64,000 bases of DNA from Octopus bimaculoides (GCF_001194135.2 NC_068990.1:85493174-85557173), one strand, 5' to 3'; positions 39,711 through 53,742 are shown, counted from the first letter of the stretch. The notes: a model not told the origin generated them from the sequence alone. Numbers and translations are program-made.

Positions 39711-40014
39711 CAGTATTCAGACCAGCTAGAAATTGCAGCCAAATAATAAATCACATTTTAAAATTGGAAGAACAAATTCACCATACGATGTAGTCCAAGA
39801 TATACAAAAGGATGAAATGGTAATGGGGGGGAGGGGACATTTAATCATTGATTTGTTAGATGAAGGCTGACCCAAGACCGAAAAAAAACAGCAAATGAAT
39901 TCGATGCAGATTCATCAATAAACAACTGTGATGTGATGTCTTGATATAAAGCAAAATAGTAGCTGCAGATGTGAATTTCTGATTAACTGGTCCCCTGTGG
40001 AAATAACATATCTA

Positions 40015-40189
40015 TAGGCGTAGGAGTGACTGTGTGGTAAGTAGCTTGCTTACCAACCACATGGTTCCGGGTTCAGTCCCACTGCATGGCACCTTGGGCA
40101 AGTGTCTTCTATTATAGCCTCGGGCCGACCAAAGCCTTGTGAGTGGATTTGGTAGACGGAAATTGAAAGAAGCCCGTCGTATATATATG

Positions 40190-40222
<33 letters not shown>

Positions 40223-40428
40223 ATGTATGTGTCTGTGTTTGTCCCCCCAACATCGCTTGACAACCGATGCTGGTGTGTTTATGTCCCCGTAACTTAGCGG
40301 TTCGGCAAAAGAGACCGATAGAATAAGTACTAGGCTTGCAAAGAATAAGTCCTGGGGTCGATTAGCTCGACTAAAGGCGGTGCTCCAGCATGGCCGCAGT
40401 CAAATGACTGAAACAAGTAAAGAGAGTA
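40015..40428 (+). mobile_element. SINE family A, full length, low divergence
   Basis: Near-consensus copy from aggcgtaggagtg to aagtaaagagagta. Confidence 0.9.
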
Positions 40429-41382
40429 CAGGATTATTTTGTCTTGAGCTATCCTACCTAGGTATACAAGTGTGTGTGTGTGTGTGTGTGTTGGAGGGGG
40501 GATGGAGGTAAATACATATCCATGTATGTAACTGTATGCAAGAGATATAAATGCTTACTAAATCCTAGTTCTAGAATTTCATACTAAGTGGCTGAGGGTG
40601 GTAACAATCCTAAATATTCCCAGATCCTGTTCTGACCAAAATAGAATTCATTATCTTTAAGAAAACGAAGAAAACAAAAATTCAATAATTTGGTTTTTAC
40701 AATTTTGCTACGCTGCTGCAAATATTCATTGTCAACTGCATTCATTTATGGTTTACAATAGTGCAGCATTACCATAGCCTTCTTGTACTTAGCTATATTA
40801 ACCACTTTATTAATTAATAATTTTTTCTTTTCAGATAATCAATGATATTATAATATTATCAAAGATAATCAAGTAAGCCACTCAATCTACTATAAATATG
40901 TATATATATATATATATATGTCATCATCATCCAGTGTTTTAAATCTGGGTTTTGTCCCCGTTAACAGGGGTGGTCGGATCTACCTCAATGTCATAGCAAC
41001 TGAGGTAGGCAGGTGCAGTCCACCCCAACCTTTGGGTGGGGTGGCTGGTGCCCATTCTCCTTTGCTATCATGAGGCTTTATCAAGTATTATGTAATTTTT
41101 CATTTTAATCTTACATTATTTTTATATATAACTTGACAAAAATAAACATTAATATAATGTAATACATCAACATCTGGTCAAACTTGCTCAAACAAATGTA
41201 ATTATATATATATGTATATATATATATATTACAAACACACTTACACACATATAAATACAGATACACAATTAAAACTAATCTACCCCAGCCTAAAACAATG
41301 TTTGTACTTTTAAAACTTTGTAAGATAGACAAAGAAAATGAAATACTATAAGAAGAATTGGATGGAAGAAAGCAAGTCTTAC

Positions 41383-41559
41383 CTGTATGTGATATTCTGC
41401 CAGAACCTTCTGGGCAAACACATCATTAACCTGAAATTCCTCGTTGTTGTTTAACGTGTCTTCATCATTTGATTGAGGGTTGACATGTTGAGGCATGTTA
41501 TTTTCCAGCTTGTTTAGGGTTCGATCCATAAAATCCAAATGGTGCTGGATTAGAGTCAT
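41383..41559 (-). CDS. Internal coding exon B (MTLIQHHLDFMDRTLNKLENN...VNDVFAQKVLAEYHIQ)
   Basis: Acceptor ctctctctttgaAG, 177 nt = 59 codons, donor CAG|gtaaga. Phase 0 to 0. Confidence 0.85.
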
Positions 41560-42471
41560 CTTCAAAGAGAGAGATTAAAAAGAAAATGAAGGGGAAAATA
41601 TAAATAAAGATGGGGTAGGTTAGTTTCTTAATAACAGACTGTAAGGAGGCTGTTGCTAGAAGTTATTTAATTACTTTTTTAAAGCAACCTCTAGGCTGAT
41701 GTTTTATAGAGGATTTGTCCAAACCTAGACTTGAAGGTATATTGTAATACTACTGGCTATTTAGTAATTTTAAGGGTGAACAAGCTCTATTTTGTACCCT
41801 GCTACATTCCTCATGGCATATACCTTAAATATATATATNNNNNNNNNNTGATAATTTTTACCTTTATGGGGTTTTTTACGCATGCTAAACCACTGATATT
41901 ATTATAAACAATAATATCCTCATATATATATATTCATATATATATATACACACACACATATATATATATATATACACACATACATATATATATATATATA
42001 TAAGCTACTTACCACACAGCCACGCCTGGGAGGACTACAGCCATGATAGATCAATGCTTTCAGAAGTTTTAATTATTTCTATGGTCTTGTGCTTATTTTT
42101 TATTGATCCCTGAGATTATTTATTCACATTGAATGAATCACGCATTATTTCATAGCTTTGAGATTTCAGTGAAGTGATTGTTCGTTTTTAGAATGACATT
42201 GTAGGGTAGTTGTGAAAGGCCAGATATGGCCCGTTTGAACATAAAACAAGGGAGAATATTTGGCAAATTCAAATGTTGAAAGGTTAAAGGTACACATGTC
42301 TGTGGAATACTCAGACATTGTGAGCAAATAGTTTGGTTGACAAACAATTGAACTTTCGTTACAGGAAATTTTAATCGGCATCCATCAATTTTGATTATTG
42401 TTAGATTAGCAGAATTGACAGAATCATTAGAACCTTAGATAAAATGTCTTGCAGTATTTGTTCCAACTCTA

Positions 42472-42637
42472 AGGCGGCGAGCTGGCAGAAACGTTAGCAC
42501 GCCAGGCGAAATGCTTAGTGGTATTTCGTCTGTCTTTATGCTCTGAGTTCAAATTCCACCGAGGTTGACTTTGCCTTTCATCCTTTCAGGGTCAATAAAT
42601 TAAGTACCAGTTGCATACTAGGGTTGATCTAATTGAC
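42472..42637 (+). mobile_element. SINE family B (gagctggcagaaacgttagcac head), truncated by a gap
   Basis: B-box gagttcaaattcc; matches the reverse copies at 53270 and 59502. Confidence 0.85.
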
Positions 42638-44005
42638 NNNNNNNNNNNNNNNNNNNNNNNNNNNNNNNNNNNNNNNNNNNNNNNNNNNNNNNNNNNNNNN
42701 NNNNNNNNNNNNNNNNNNNNNNNNNNNNNNNNNNNNNAAAAGAGTATTTCTTCCAGCTCTGTATATTCTGAGTTCAAATCCTGTCTAAGCCACCTCTGCT
42801 TTTCAACCCTCCAGGGTTGATAAAAAAAAGTATTAGCTTAATACTAGGATTGATATAGTCAACTCATCACCTCTCTTCAAAATTCCTAGCCTTGTGCCTA
42901 AATTAGATACTCTTTGCTTTTTTCTTGAGGGAAATTATTTGGTTAGTACCGTCTACTCTCAGAAGACTGGGTCATTTGAGTTATTTCTGTTGCATTGTCA
43001 CATTTCTGGCAATAACCTCTCTTCATTCCTTCTGGGATCTCATGTAATTGAAGCCAAGTCCCAGTGATTACAAAACAGCACTAGGGTTAAATGACACACT
43101 ACAATAGAGATATTGTAGGCAAAGTGTGTCAACAGAAGATAACCCAACATCTCTCTTTCTCACTCTCTCTGAAAACTAACCTTTATGCCTTATCAAAGGA
43201 AACTTGAAATGAAGAAATTCTGAAGATCATAATCCTTGTAACATTCACTCACATTAATTTAGCCCCAAATGTTGCCGTTTCTCAGAAACTTAAGGAAGTT
43301 CTTAGAGGTATGACATTACAAAATATGTGCTGATATTTTAGCTGAAGTTCTTCAAACATGCTGAGTCGGCAGAAAGTGAATTGTGGTCGGTTTACTTGTT
43401 AGTATTGAAAAAATTTCACAACCAAAACACATGGTACTCATATTGTGTAACAGTCTGTGAACCATTTACTTAAACTCACACACACACAAAAGCAAGTTAT
43501 AAATTGAAACAGAAATAAACACAAAAACACACAAATACTGTACACACTGACAGAAAACTTTGCAAAGACACACACACACAGAGGAAAACATGCATATACA
43601 CACACAAACTCACAAAGATATACACACACATGTACACACCCACCGAGAGCCATATACGCACAGTATATACAATTTCATAATCATTCTAGAAATGTAAGAG
43701 CTGAAAATACAGCAGCTGTTTGTCATTGTGTTAGTGGAGCCGACAGTCTTGGAGTATGGTCTCGGATCAGTGACTTCACTTTCTACACTATTGCCAGCGC
43801 TTCAGAAGTGGCAGACTTTTCAGATGACTACACCCACACATGGAATATAACATACACACACACACAAACACACACACACAAACACACACACGTGTACAGA
43901 TATCTCTCTCTTTAACACATACATATTCATATATGGTAACCACACATAAAAGTGTGTATGCATGCATATTGTATCATGGGAAGGTCAAATAGTTTTATAT
44001 ATACA

Positions 44006-44085
<80 letters not shown>

Positions 44086-45637
44086 GATGTAGTTAAGTGA
44101 AGAAGAGAAAAAGTACTCGAAACTTGTCACAGAGGTCAAATATTTGTATTAACAGATTGTTATTTAAATCTACATTACTCAAAGTTTCATGGACAGTGAA
44201 ACACATCTGATCTTTGAGATGCTGTTGATATAAGTAGCAAGGCAACCATCATATGTTCAAAAGAAGATTGATAACCGTTGTAAGTATCTTCGTGTCTGCA
44301 CATCACTTTGAACAACGTACACTAGGACAGAATGTGATGAGATTCTGGACTGTGTGAGTGCAAAACAAACACATTGACCATTTGGCCATACTGTGCCTAC
44401 ACGTGTGTGTGCATGCATGTGTATGTGTGCATGAGTGTATGCACGCATGCATGCCTACGTACCATTGTACTGGTTTCAATCACTGAATAGTGGGTATACT
44501 TCAAGGGCAGATAACTAAATCAAAACCAGATTGTATGATGCCTGTGTATGAAGTGCAGTGCTGCATGGTAGAGAAACATGAACACTTAATGTGAACGATG
44601 TGCAAAGGCTGGACAGGAATGAAGCAAGTATGTTCCAGTAGATGTTTAATGTTAGTGGGTATGAATGATGAAGGGGCAAAAACAAAAAAAATTAGCTGAG
44701 CAAAATACTTGCTGAAAAAACGAAATCCTAAAGATGGGTGGATGTGTGTTTATGTGTGTGGGTGTATATTTATGTATGTATAATGTAAAGTCAGGAAATG
44801 GTTATATTCATTAATAATTTAACCAAAATATACATTCTCCCACGTCACATATATGTACAGACACAGACATTCACACACACATACTTTTGTATGTGTATAT
44901 AAATATTATATTACATATAACATACACATGAATAAATAAATATATATATATATATATATACATATANNNNNNNNNNNNNNNNNNNNNNNNNNNNNNNNNN
45001 NNNNNNNNNNNNNNNNNNNNNNNNNNNNNNNNNNNNNNNNNNNNNNNNNNNNNNNNNNNNNNNNNNNNNNNNNNNNNNNNNNNNNNNNNNNNNNNNNNNN
45101 NNNNNNNNNNNNNNNNNNNNNNNNNNNNNNNNNNNNNNNNNNNNNNNNNNNNNNNNNNNNNNNNNNNNNNNNNNNNNNNNNNNNNNNNNNNNNNNNNNNN
45201 NNNNNNNNNNNNNNNNNNNNNNNNNNNNNNNNNNNNNNNNNNNNNNNNNNNNNNNNNNNNNNNNNNNNNNNNNNNNNNNNNNNNNNNNNNNNNNNNNNNN
45301 NNNNNNNNNNNNNNNNNNNNNNNNNNNNNNNNNNNNNNNNNNNNNNNNNNNNNNNNNNNNNNNNNNNNNNNNNNNNNNNNNNNNNNNNNNNNNNNNNNNN
45401 NNNNNNNNNNNNNNNNNNNNNNNNNNNNNNNNNNNNNNNNNNNNNNNNNNNNNNNNNNNNNNNNNNNNNNNNNNNNNNNNNNNNNNNNNNNNNNNNNNNN
45501 NNNNNNNNNNNNNNNNNNNNNNNNNNNNNNNNNNNNNNNNNNNNNNNNNNNNNNNNNNNNNNNNNNNNNNNNNNNNNNNNNNNNNNNNNNNNNNNNNNNN
45601 NNNNNNNNNNNNNNNNNNNNNNNNNNNNNNNNNNNNN

Positions 45638-46339
45638 GTAAGAGTAGGCTAAGATTATATATCAAATGGAACGACACTTCCTCTTGGAAATGGTAAGTTG
45701 AGGAATAGCTGATGGAAACTTAAATGATGCCAAGATAGTTCTAAGTTCTAAGACTGTAACTGGAATATTTCAGTGAAAATAGGGTGTAAAATTATGTCCA
45801 GCATTTGTTAACCATATTAGCAGCACCAGTTATGTATTCATATATAAACATGTATATATGTATGTATATGTATGTATGTATGTATGTATGTATACACACA
45901 TGAGCACATACAGATGTAGTTGTATTTGAACCTTTAAGATTTCATATGAAAAATATCAAAGCCAATTGCTGTAGGAGAGTATGCAAACTCTATTATGCAT
46001 GCGTGGGAGAATATATATGTAAGTGTATGAATCAGTATAAACATACACACACTTATACACACATATATACACATAAGTGTAGGTACATATACAAAGCATA
46101 TGTATATCTATCTATTTATCTATCTATCTCTCTATCTATCTATCTATNNNNNNNNNNACATGATTTATGAATACATATATGTATGCATGTGTATATGTAT
46201 GTGAAAAAATATATATGTATGTATGTATACAGATATATATAGATAAGTACATAAACATAAATAAGCTAATACATCTATTATATATGTCAGCATGGTTGTG
46301 CATAAATGTGTATATATGAATGTATATACATATGAGTGT

Positions 46340-46372
<33 letters not shown>

Positions 46373-46778
46373 AGTACATACCATTCCTCTATTTGAGCAG
46401 ATAATATTGCATTTTTAAAAATTCAGCAGAATGAACAAAAATTCTTTGACTCTCTAGCAGAAGTCAGAAAATATTTGGGGTATATCCCTAGGCATCGATA
46501 ACTTCAAGATAGGGGGTAGCATTTACTTTATTTCTATTGTAAGAGTAGGCTAAGATTATATATCAAATGGAACGACACTTCCTCTTGGAAATGGTAAGTT
46601 GAGGAATAGCTGATGGAAACTTAAATGATGCCAAGATAGTTCTAAGTTCTAAGACTGTAACTGGAATATTTCAGTGAAAATAGGGTGTAAAATTATGTCC
46701 AGCATTTGTTAACCATATTAGCAGCACCAGTTATGTATTCATATATAAACATGTATATATGTATGTATATGTATGTAT
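45638..46778 (+). repeat. Identical 240-bp direct duplication (45638-45877 and 46539-46778), each copy next to a gap
   Basis: Identical text offset by 901 bp; probably an assembly overlap. Confidence 0.85.
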
Positions 46779-47314
46779 NNNNNNNNNNNNNNNNNNNNNN
46801 NNNNNNNNNNNNNNNNNNNNNNNNNNNNNNNNNNNNNNNNNNNNNNNNNNNNNNNNNNNNNNNNNNNNNNNNNNNNNNNNNNNNNNNNNNNNNNNNNNNN
46901 NNNNNNNNNNNNNNNNNNNNNNNNNNNNNNNNNNNNNNNNNNNNNNNNNNNNNNNNNNNNNNNNNNNNNNNNNNNNNNNNNNNNNNNNNNNNNNNNNNNN
47001 NNNNNNNNNNNNNNNNNNNNNNNNNNNNNNNNNNNNNNNNNNNNNNNNNNNNNNNNNNNNNNNNNNNNNNNNNNNNNNNNNNNNNNNNNNNNNNNNNNNN
47101 NNNNNNNNNNNNNNNNNNNNNNNNNNNNNNNNNNNNNNNNNNNNNNNNNNNNNNNNNNNNNNNNNNNNNNNNNNNNNNNNNNNNNNNNNNNNNNNNNNNN
47201 NNNNNNNNNNNNNNNNNNNNNNNNNNNNNNNNNNNNNNNNNNNNNNNNNNNNNNNNNNNNNNNNNNNNNNNNNNNNNNNNNNNNNNNNNNNNNNNNNNNN
47301 NNNNNNNNNNNNNN

Positions 47315-47349
<35 letters not shown>

Positions 47350-47841
47350 ACATATACATACATATACACACATGCACTCAGATTAGTGCACATGTGTGCA
47401 TATGTATGTATATATATATGTATGTATGTATGTATGTGTGTATACACACACAATGTAATGTATTTCTAAACAAAGGCAACGCCTGTGTTCATAAATAACT
47501 TGACCAATGAGACATGGATTTCTCTTCAAATTTCATTTTCTCTTATGTCTGACACACTATTCCAGACAAAACAAAATACTGCAGTTTGCTTATACGAAAT
47601 ATTTTCAATATAAACAATATTTTTCAGCTAATCCTATTCTCAGGATTAGTATGATTAATACGTTATTCCAACAGCCAACATTTGAATAGTGAGAAACAGG
47701 GTGCTTCTATGTACCGGCACAAATTGCTAGAAATAGCAAATAAAATTCCTAGGAATCAAGCCATTCTGTTTTAAAGGAAGTAAACATTGGAAACATAGCT
47801 CTCTCTCTCTATCACTCTCTCTCCCTCTCTCTCTCTCATTT

Positions 47842-47872
<31 letters not shown>

Positions 47873-48834
47873 TCGCATACCTCCCTTTCACATACACACA
47901 CATATACTCACACAGAGTTGAAACATTCCCACTACCACATTGCCATCACCCCTTCCTTCTTTATTCATCTATCACCCCTTCCTTTTTCATTCAGATGTTG
48001 TGACAAAGAAAAACACAAGAGTATTATTATAGTAGATAATGAGATGGACATTCAGAGCTAAAATGACTTTGTACATAAGTTTGCATGATCAGAAGTGACT
48101 CTAAGATAAAAAAAAAAAAGAAAAAAGAAAACACAGCAACAACAATAATAATATTGGTTTCTAACAAGACACAAGGCCTTGAAATCAAGATATAGGTATC
48201 ATCAATTAAATTGAATCCTTTTAATTGACTGATATTTTATTCGATTGAACCCAGAAAGATGAAAGACAAAGTTGGCCTTCAGTGTGATTTGAACACAAAA
48301 TATAAAGATCTATAACTAAATAGTGCAAAGCATTGTAGCAAATCTGAATTGTAGCAAGATTGTAGCAAATCTGCCACTGTGATTTTTGAGAGAGAGAACT
48401 TCTAGAATTTCTTCAAAACCCAATGGACAATGTAGGATTATTAAATGAGATTAATCTAAAGATTACTAAATGAAACAGACATATGTATTTATGTTCAAGT
48501 ACTTATGAACTCAGGCAGGATGGTGTGGTTCGGAAAATTGCTTTATGATTATATTGCTTCAAGTTCAATCCCACACCATGGTACCTTGGATAAGTGACTG
48601 TCTTTGACTACAGTAGCCATCATCAAGCTGACAAAGCCTTTCAGAGCAGAATTTGGTAAATAGAAATCTGTGCAAAAGTCTATCATATATTGGCTACTTT
48701 ATTGAGAAAGATTAATGCCAAATGCTGGAAGATTGATAAATCAAACATCTAGAATACACATTTACTCTAATCATTGAAATATTCTTTTACAGACTAAGCT
48801 GGAGCAGCTACCATATACTTGTAATATTTATAAG

Positions 48835-49265
48835 TAGGTATAGACATGGCTATGTGGTTGAAAAGCTTGTTTCCAGTCATGTGGTCTTAAGTTCACTCCC
48901 CTGGGTGACACCTTGGACAAGTGTCTTCTATTATAGCCCTAGGTTGACAAAAACCTTATTAATGAATTCAGTAGATGGAATCCGAAAAAAAATGAGTGCT
49001 CTGTGTGTGTGTGTGTAATGTGTAATATGTGCGTGTGTCCTGTCTTAGCATCATTTGGTGGTTGTAAACAAGTGTTACCATCATACAAGAGGTATTGCTC
49101 ATTTCCTGTCTTCCATGGAAAACGTGTCTGGCCATGGGAAATATTAGCTTGAAGGGAAACAGATGAAGGTTTGTGACTGGAAAGGCACCCAGCCACAAAA
49201 TGTCTGTCTCAACAAATTCCATCTGACCTATGGACATTGAATGACAATGATGATGTTGACGATGC
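48835..49265 (+). mobile_element. SINE with family A head, (GT)n hinge and alternative (GAT)n-tailed 3' half
   Basis: Same architecture as 32840-33245. Confidence 0.7.
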
Positions 49266-50529
49266 TGTGTCAATAAAACAAAGCTTAGAGTCAATATGAA
49301 CGCCTAAAACTAATGCACCAGCATGGCTACAGTCCAGTAACTGTAAACCAGTGAAGGAATAAAAACACGAAATAAAAAATATTTTACTGAAGTTTTTAGC
49401 AAGATATCAAATTGCAATTTTTATTGTGCAAAACTTGCATTTTTTTTTTTACATTTTGTTCTTTTTTTTTCTTTATTTTCATGTTCCTTGACATAAAGAA
49501 ATGTAATCTGTGTGGTTGATATACTTAGATGACATGTATATACAACAGGATATGACGATATGAAACAACATGGAGTGCGGTGGGGTTTAGCTTGTTGGTG
49601 AAAGAAAATGTTTGCAGGAATGTTAAGTTCCAAGCTGAAAACTGATTCTTTTAGTTTACTAATCTGATCTAATACCTTTAAGACTGTGTTGGTGTTGGTG
49701 TTGTTGTTCTTGTTGTTGGTAACGGTGTTAGTGTCGTTGATGTCATTGCTTAATCCTAGGTCAGACCTAATTAAACAGACTTATGATCAGAAACATTCCA
49801 ATCATCATCACCATCATCATCGTTGTCGTTGTCATCATCATCGTTTTAATACTTTTACTTGTTTCAGTCATTTGACTGCGGCCATGCTGGAGCATGCTTC
49901 AGTTGGTTCTGTTGAACCTTGTGATGTGTCACCAATTGATGCCTTTAGTGGTGAATCGATGTTCTTTCTTCCTCCTTTTCTTCTTTTTTGTTTTTTGTTT
50001 TCTTCTTCACTCATGTTTGCATTTCCTTTGGTTTTAGATTTGATTTGTATTTTAATGTGGTTTCATATTATATATGTATCAAACACATGTGTTATATAAG
50101 TAATTATTAAATTCAAATCTTAATTTTCTAAATAAAACAAAATTATAAAGACTAAATCCACAACCCAAAGACAGGAACAGACACAATTTTTATGCCACCC
50201 TGTGGCATAAAACTCAGAGTCACATAGTTCTTAAGCTAACTTTTAAAGAACACAGCCATATATGTATCTACAGTGGAAGTTCTTTCTGGTTTATTTTTTC
50301 CTGTTTGACACAACAACAGCAACAAAAAAAAAGGCAGACAGTACAGTACAGTATACATTAATACTTACTGAGTGTAATAGAGAATAGATTGGCATTTAGT
50401 GTAATAGTGTACAAATAAAGTATAGTACACGTAAATATGTAGTGCAACACAGTAGAAATAAATGAAAAATGGGATGTGACAAAAGTACATGCCAGCTTGG
50501 AATTTATATGTATCATAATAAAAGTAAAC

Positions 50530-50605
<76 letters not shown>

Positions 50606-50916
50606 TATATATATATATATATATATACACATACATACACATTGAAGACATATTACAATACACACACACACACACGCGCGCGCGCACACAGAAGACATAT
50701 TACAATATTAATAACTTTATATATATATATATATGTGTGTGTGTATTATAACACACTTTTCAATACCACACACATACACAACACACATATACACATATAT
50801 ATAGTGTAAGAGAAAGAACGACACAGGGACATGTGTATGTGTGCACAAATATGCATTCATACCTACGCCCACAATTGTTGCACCATTAATATATACTCAG
50901 ATATTTTTTATTGCAT

Positions 50917-50970
<54 letters not shown>

Positions 50971-51399
50971 CTTCCTTAGACACACATTACAACATTTATT
51001 TCAATATACATATGTAACACTTACAACATACGCTAGAATATTCTTAGTTTTATCTAGATACAACCAAGTTAATACCATCACAACATCATATCTTGCTTTT
51101 AATGTTTTTCCATTAGTTTTAATTTTATTCTAACAGAAAAACAGATTTTATTTTTTTTAAATTTTGTCTAACATCTTAACTAAAGTAATCCATAACCTTT
51201 TTGTTACCAACCCAGGACCACCCGTAATTCTGATATAAATTACCTCTTTTAAAATGATCTAAATTAAAACGTTACTCCAATTTCCACATTGACTTGTGTT
51301 TCAAAAACTAGCCGAATAATGATAAAGTTATTTCAATCAAGTCTTCATTACTTTCAAAACTTGAGAAGACTGGCCCACCACAACAGAATTGAGACCCTA

Positions 51400-51640
51400 A
51401 AACCAAGGTGCGATATAAAAAGCATTGTTGTGGGTGCTGGTGCCACATAAAAAATGCCCTGGTGCTGGTGCCGTTTAAAAAAGCATTGGCGATGGTGCCA
51501 CATAAAAAGCACCCAGTACACTCTGTGGAGAGGTTGGTGTTAGAAAGGGCGTCTGGCCATAAAAATCAAACCTAAACAGACTATGGAGCTTGGCATGGCC
51601 CCTGGCCTTACCAGTTCCTGTCAAGCCTTCCAACATGGAA
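51400..51640 (+). mobile_element. Family D repeat with short internal repeats of ggtgccacataaaaa
   Basis: ggtgccacataaaaagcacccagtacactctg...ggttggtgttagaaagggc. Confidence 0.7.
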
Positions 51641-51714
51641 ATTTTCATGCTAATCAAAGATAGTCATACATGTTACCTATCCTACTATTATTACTACACA
51701 TATATACATGTTTG

Positions 51715-51749
<35 letters not shown>

Positions 51750-52579
51750 ATCATATTATAATCAGGGATAAAACCTATGTAGGATTTTATCAGGTAGCTA
51801 GCATGTAAAACCTTTTAGGTAAAAATTAATACAGAGCATATAATTTTTTATAACAATTATAAGGGAAAATTACATGGTACTTCCACATGCTAGCATGTGG
51901 CACGACTATGTAGATTTCCCTTATTTTAATTGTTATACCATGTAGTTTGCCCTTACTATAATTGTTATAATATATATATATATATATATAATCATCATCA
52001 TCATTGTTTAACATCTGCCTTCCATGCTAGATGCTAGAATGTGTGACACACACACACACACATGAACGTATCTTCATCTTTATCATCATCATCATCCATT
52101 AATGTCCATTTTCCATTCTTGTGCCATGCTAGTGCCAACCCAGTACACCTTGTAATGTCGTTGGCGTTAGGAAGGGCATCCAGCCATAGAAACCAAGCCA
52201 GGACAGACAATGTAGCCTGGTCTAACCCCCACCCCCAGCTTTACCAGCTCCTGCCAAACTGTCCAACCCATGCCTGCATGGAAAACGGACGTTGAGTAGT
52301 GATGATGATGATGATGATATATACACATACACACACACACACATACATACATATAATATATTCCTTCCTTTCTTCTGCAGAATGTGCTTATCATCCAAGA
52401 TAAAAAATTTAAAAGGGAACACCATTATAATAAGAAAAGGAACAGAAAATAAAAAACATCTATAATAACAACAAACACTGCAAACATTGTGAGACAAAGA
52501 ATAGGATTGTATACAGAGAAGAGATAGGTTTTTATTATCATTATTATTATTATTATCATTATTATTATTATTATTATTA

Positions 52580-52625
<46 letters not shown>

Positions 52626-53247
52626 GATGATGATGTAAATTGATGCCAGATGGTATTTAATAGGCTAAGGTGGTGATGGTGGTGATAATGGTGAAGGGAG
52701 GAGATGATGCAGAATGGAAGCAGCATGTTGTTGCTTGGGGAAAAAAAAAAAAAAGGGAAACCAAATTTGTTACACTTCTGCATGGAAAGAATTGTCTCCG
52801 TAGCAGACACCCAGAGAAAGAGAAAAACCAAGAAAGAAAGAAAAAGGTCTCTTGTCTGCTATTGTTTATGATAATATNNNNNNNNNNNNNNNNNNNNNNN
52901 NNNNNNNNNNNNNNNNNNNNNNNNNNNNNNNNNNNNNNNNNNNNNNNNNNNNNNNNNNNNNNNNNTGGGGGGGTTGTCAGAAATTGAACTAAATTACAAA
53001 CATGGAAAAAATTTCAAAATTAAGCAAGATGTGTACACACACACACACACACACACACACAAATATATATAGTATCCATGTGTATATGTATGTATACAGT
53101 AAAGAAATTATTCATATTTTTATTATTAATTTAGTGTTGTTGCTGTTATTAGTGGGTGGTAAGTTGGCATAAAAAACAGTGTCAGAGTTTATTATAAAGA
53201 GAATTTGATTATTGTTGTTGTTGTTGTTGTTGTTGATGTAAAGAGAG

Positions 53248-53436
53248 TGAGCTGGCAGAACCATTGGTGAGAGGGATTAAGTCGATCATGGTGCATAACT
53301 GGTACTTATTTAACTGATGCCAATAGGATGAAAGGCAAAGTCGACCTCGGCGGAATTTGAACACAGAACATAGTGGCAGATGAAATACCACTAAGCATTT
53401 CGCCCAGCGTGCTAACAGTTCTGCCAGCTCACCACC
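53248..53436 (-). mobile_element. SINE family B, with a 14-bp inverted head fragment at its far end
   Basis: Reverse-complement family B 53270-53436; tgagctggcagaac at 53248 mirrors gttctgccagctca at 53418. Confidence 0.8.
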
Positions 53437-53441
53437 ATAAA

Positions 53442-53497
<56 letters not shown>

Positions 53498-53529
53498 CAA
53501 CAACAACAATCATCGTCATCACCACCATC

Positions 53530-53715
53530 TGAGCTGGCAGAATCATCAGCACATTGGACAGCATTTATTATCTTTACATTTTGCGTTCAAATTCCACTGA
53601 GATTAACTTGGCCTATCATCTTTCCAGGTTGGATAAAACAGGTACCAGTTGAATACTAGGGTTGATGTAATCACCAAAACCAATAAATTTCAGGCTTTGA
53701 GCCTATAGTAGAAAG
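53530..53715 (+). mobile_element. SINE family B, degenerate
   Basis: gagctggcagaatc...gttcaaattccac...taccagttgaatactagggttgatgtaatc. Confidence 0.7.
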
Positions 53716-53742
53716 GATTATTATTAATTCAAGGCATTTAAT

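Noticed and set aside
40985-41010. tgaggtag let-7-like seed in a hairpin
   Set aside because: Only the first 8 nt match, the stem is 8 bp, and it is not a pre-miRNA-length hairpin.
45638-46778. 240-bp exact duplication as a biological tandem duplication
   Set aside because: 100% identity with both copies abutting gaps points to contig overlap or an uncollapsed haplotype.
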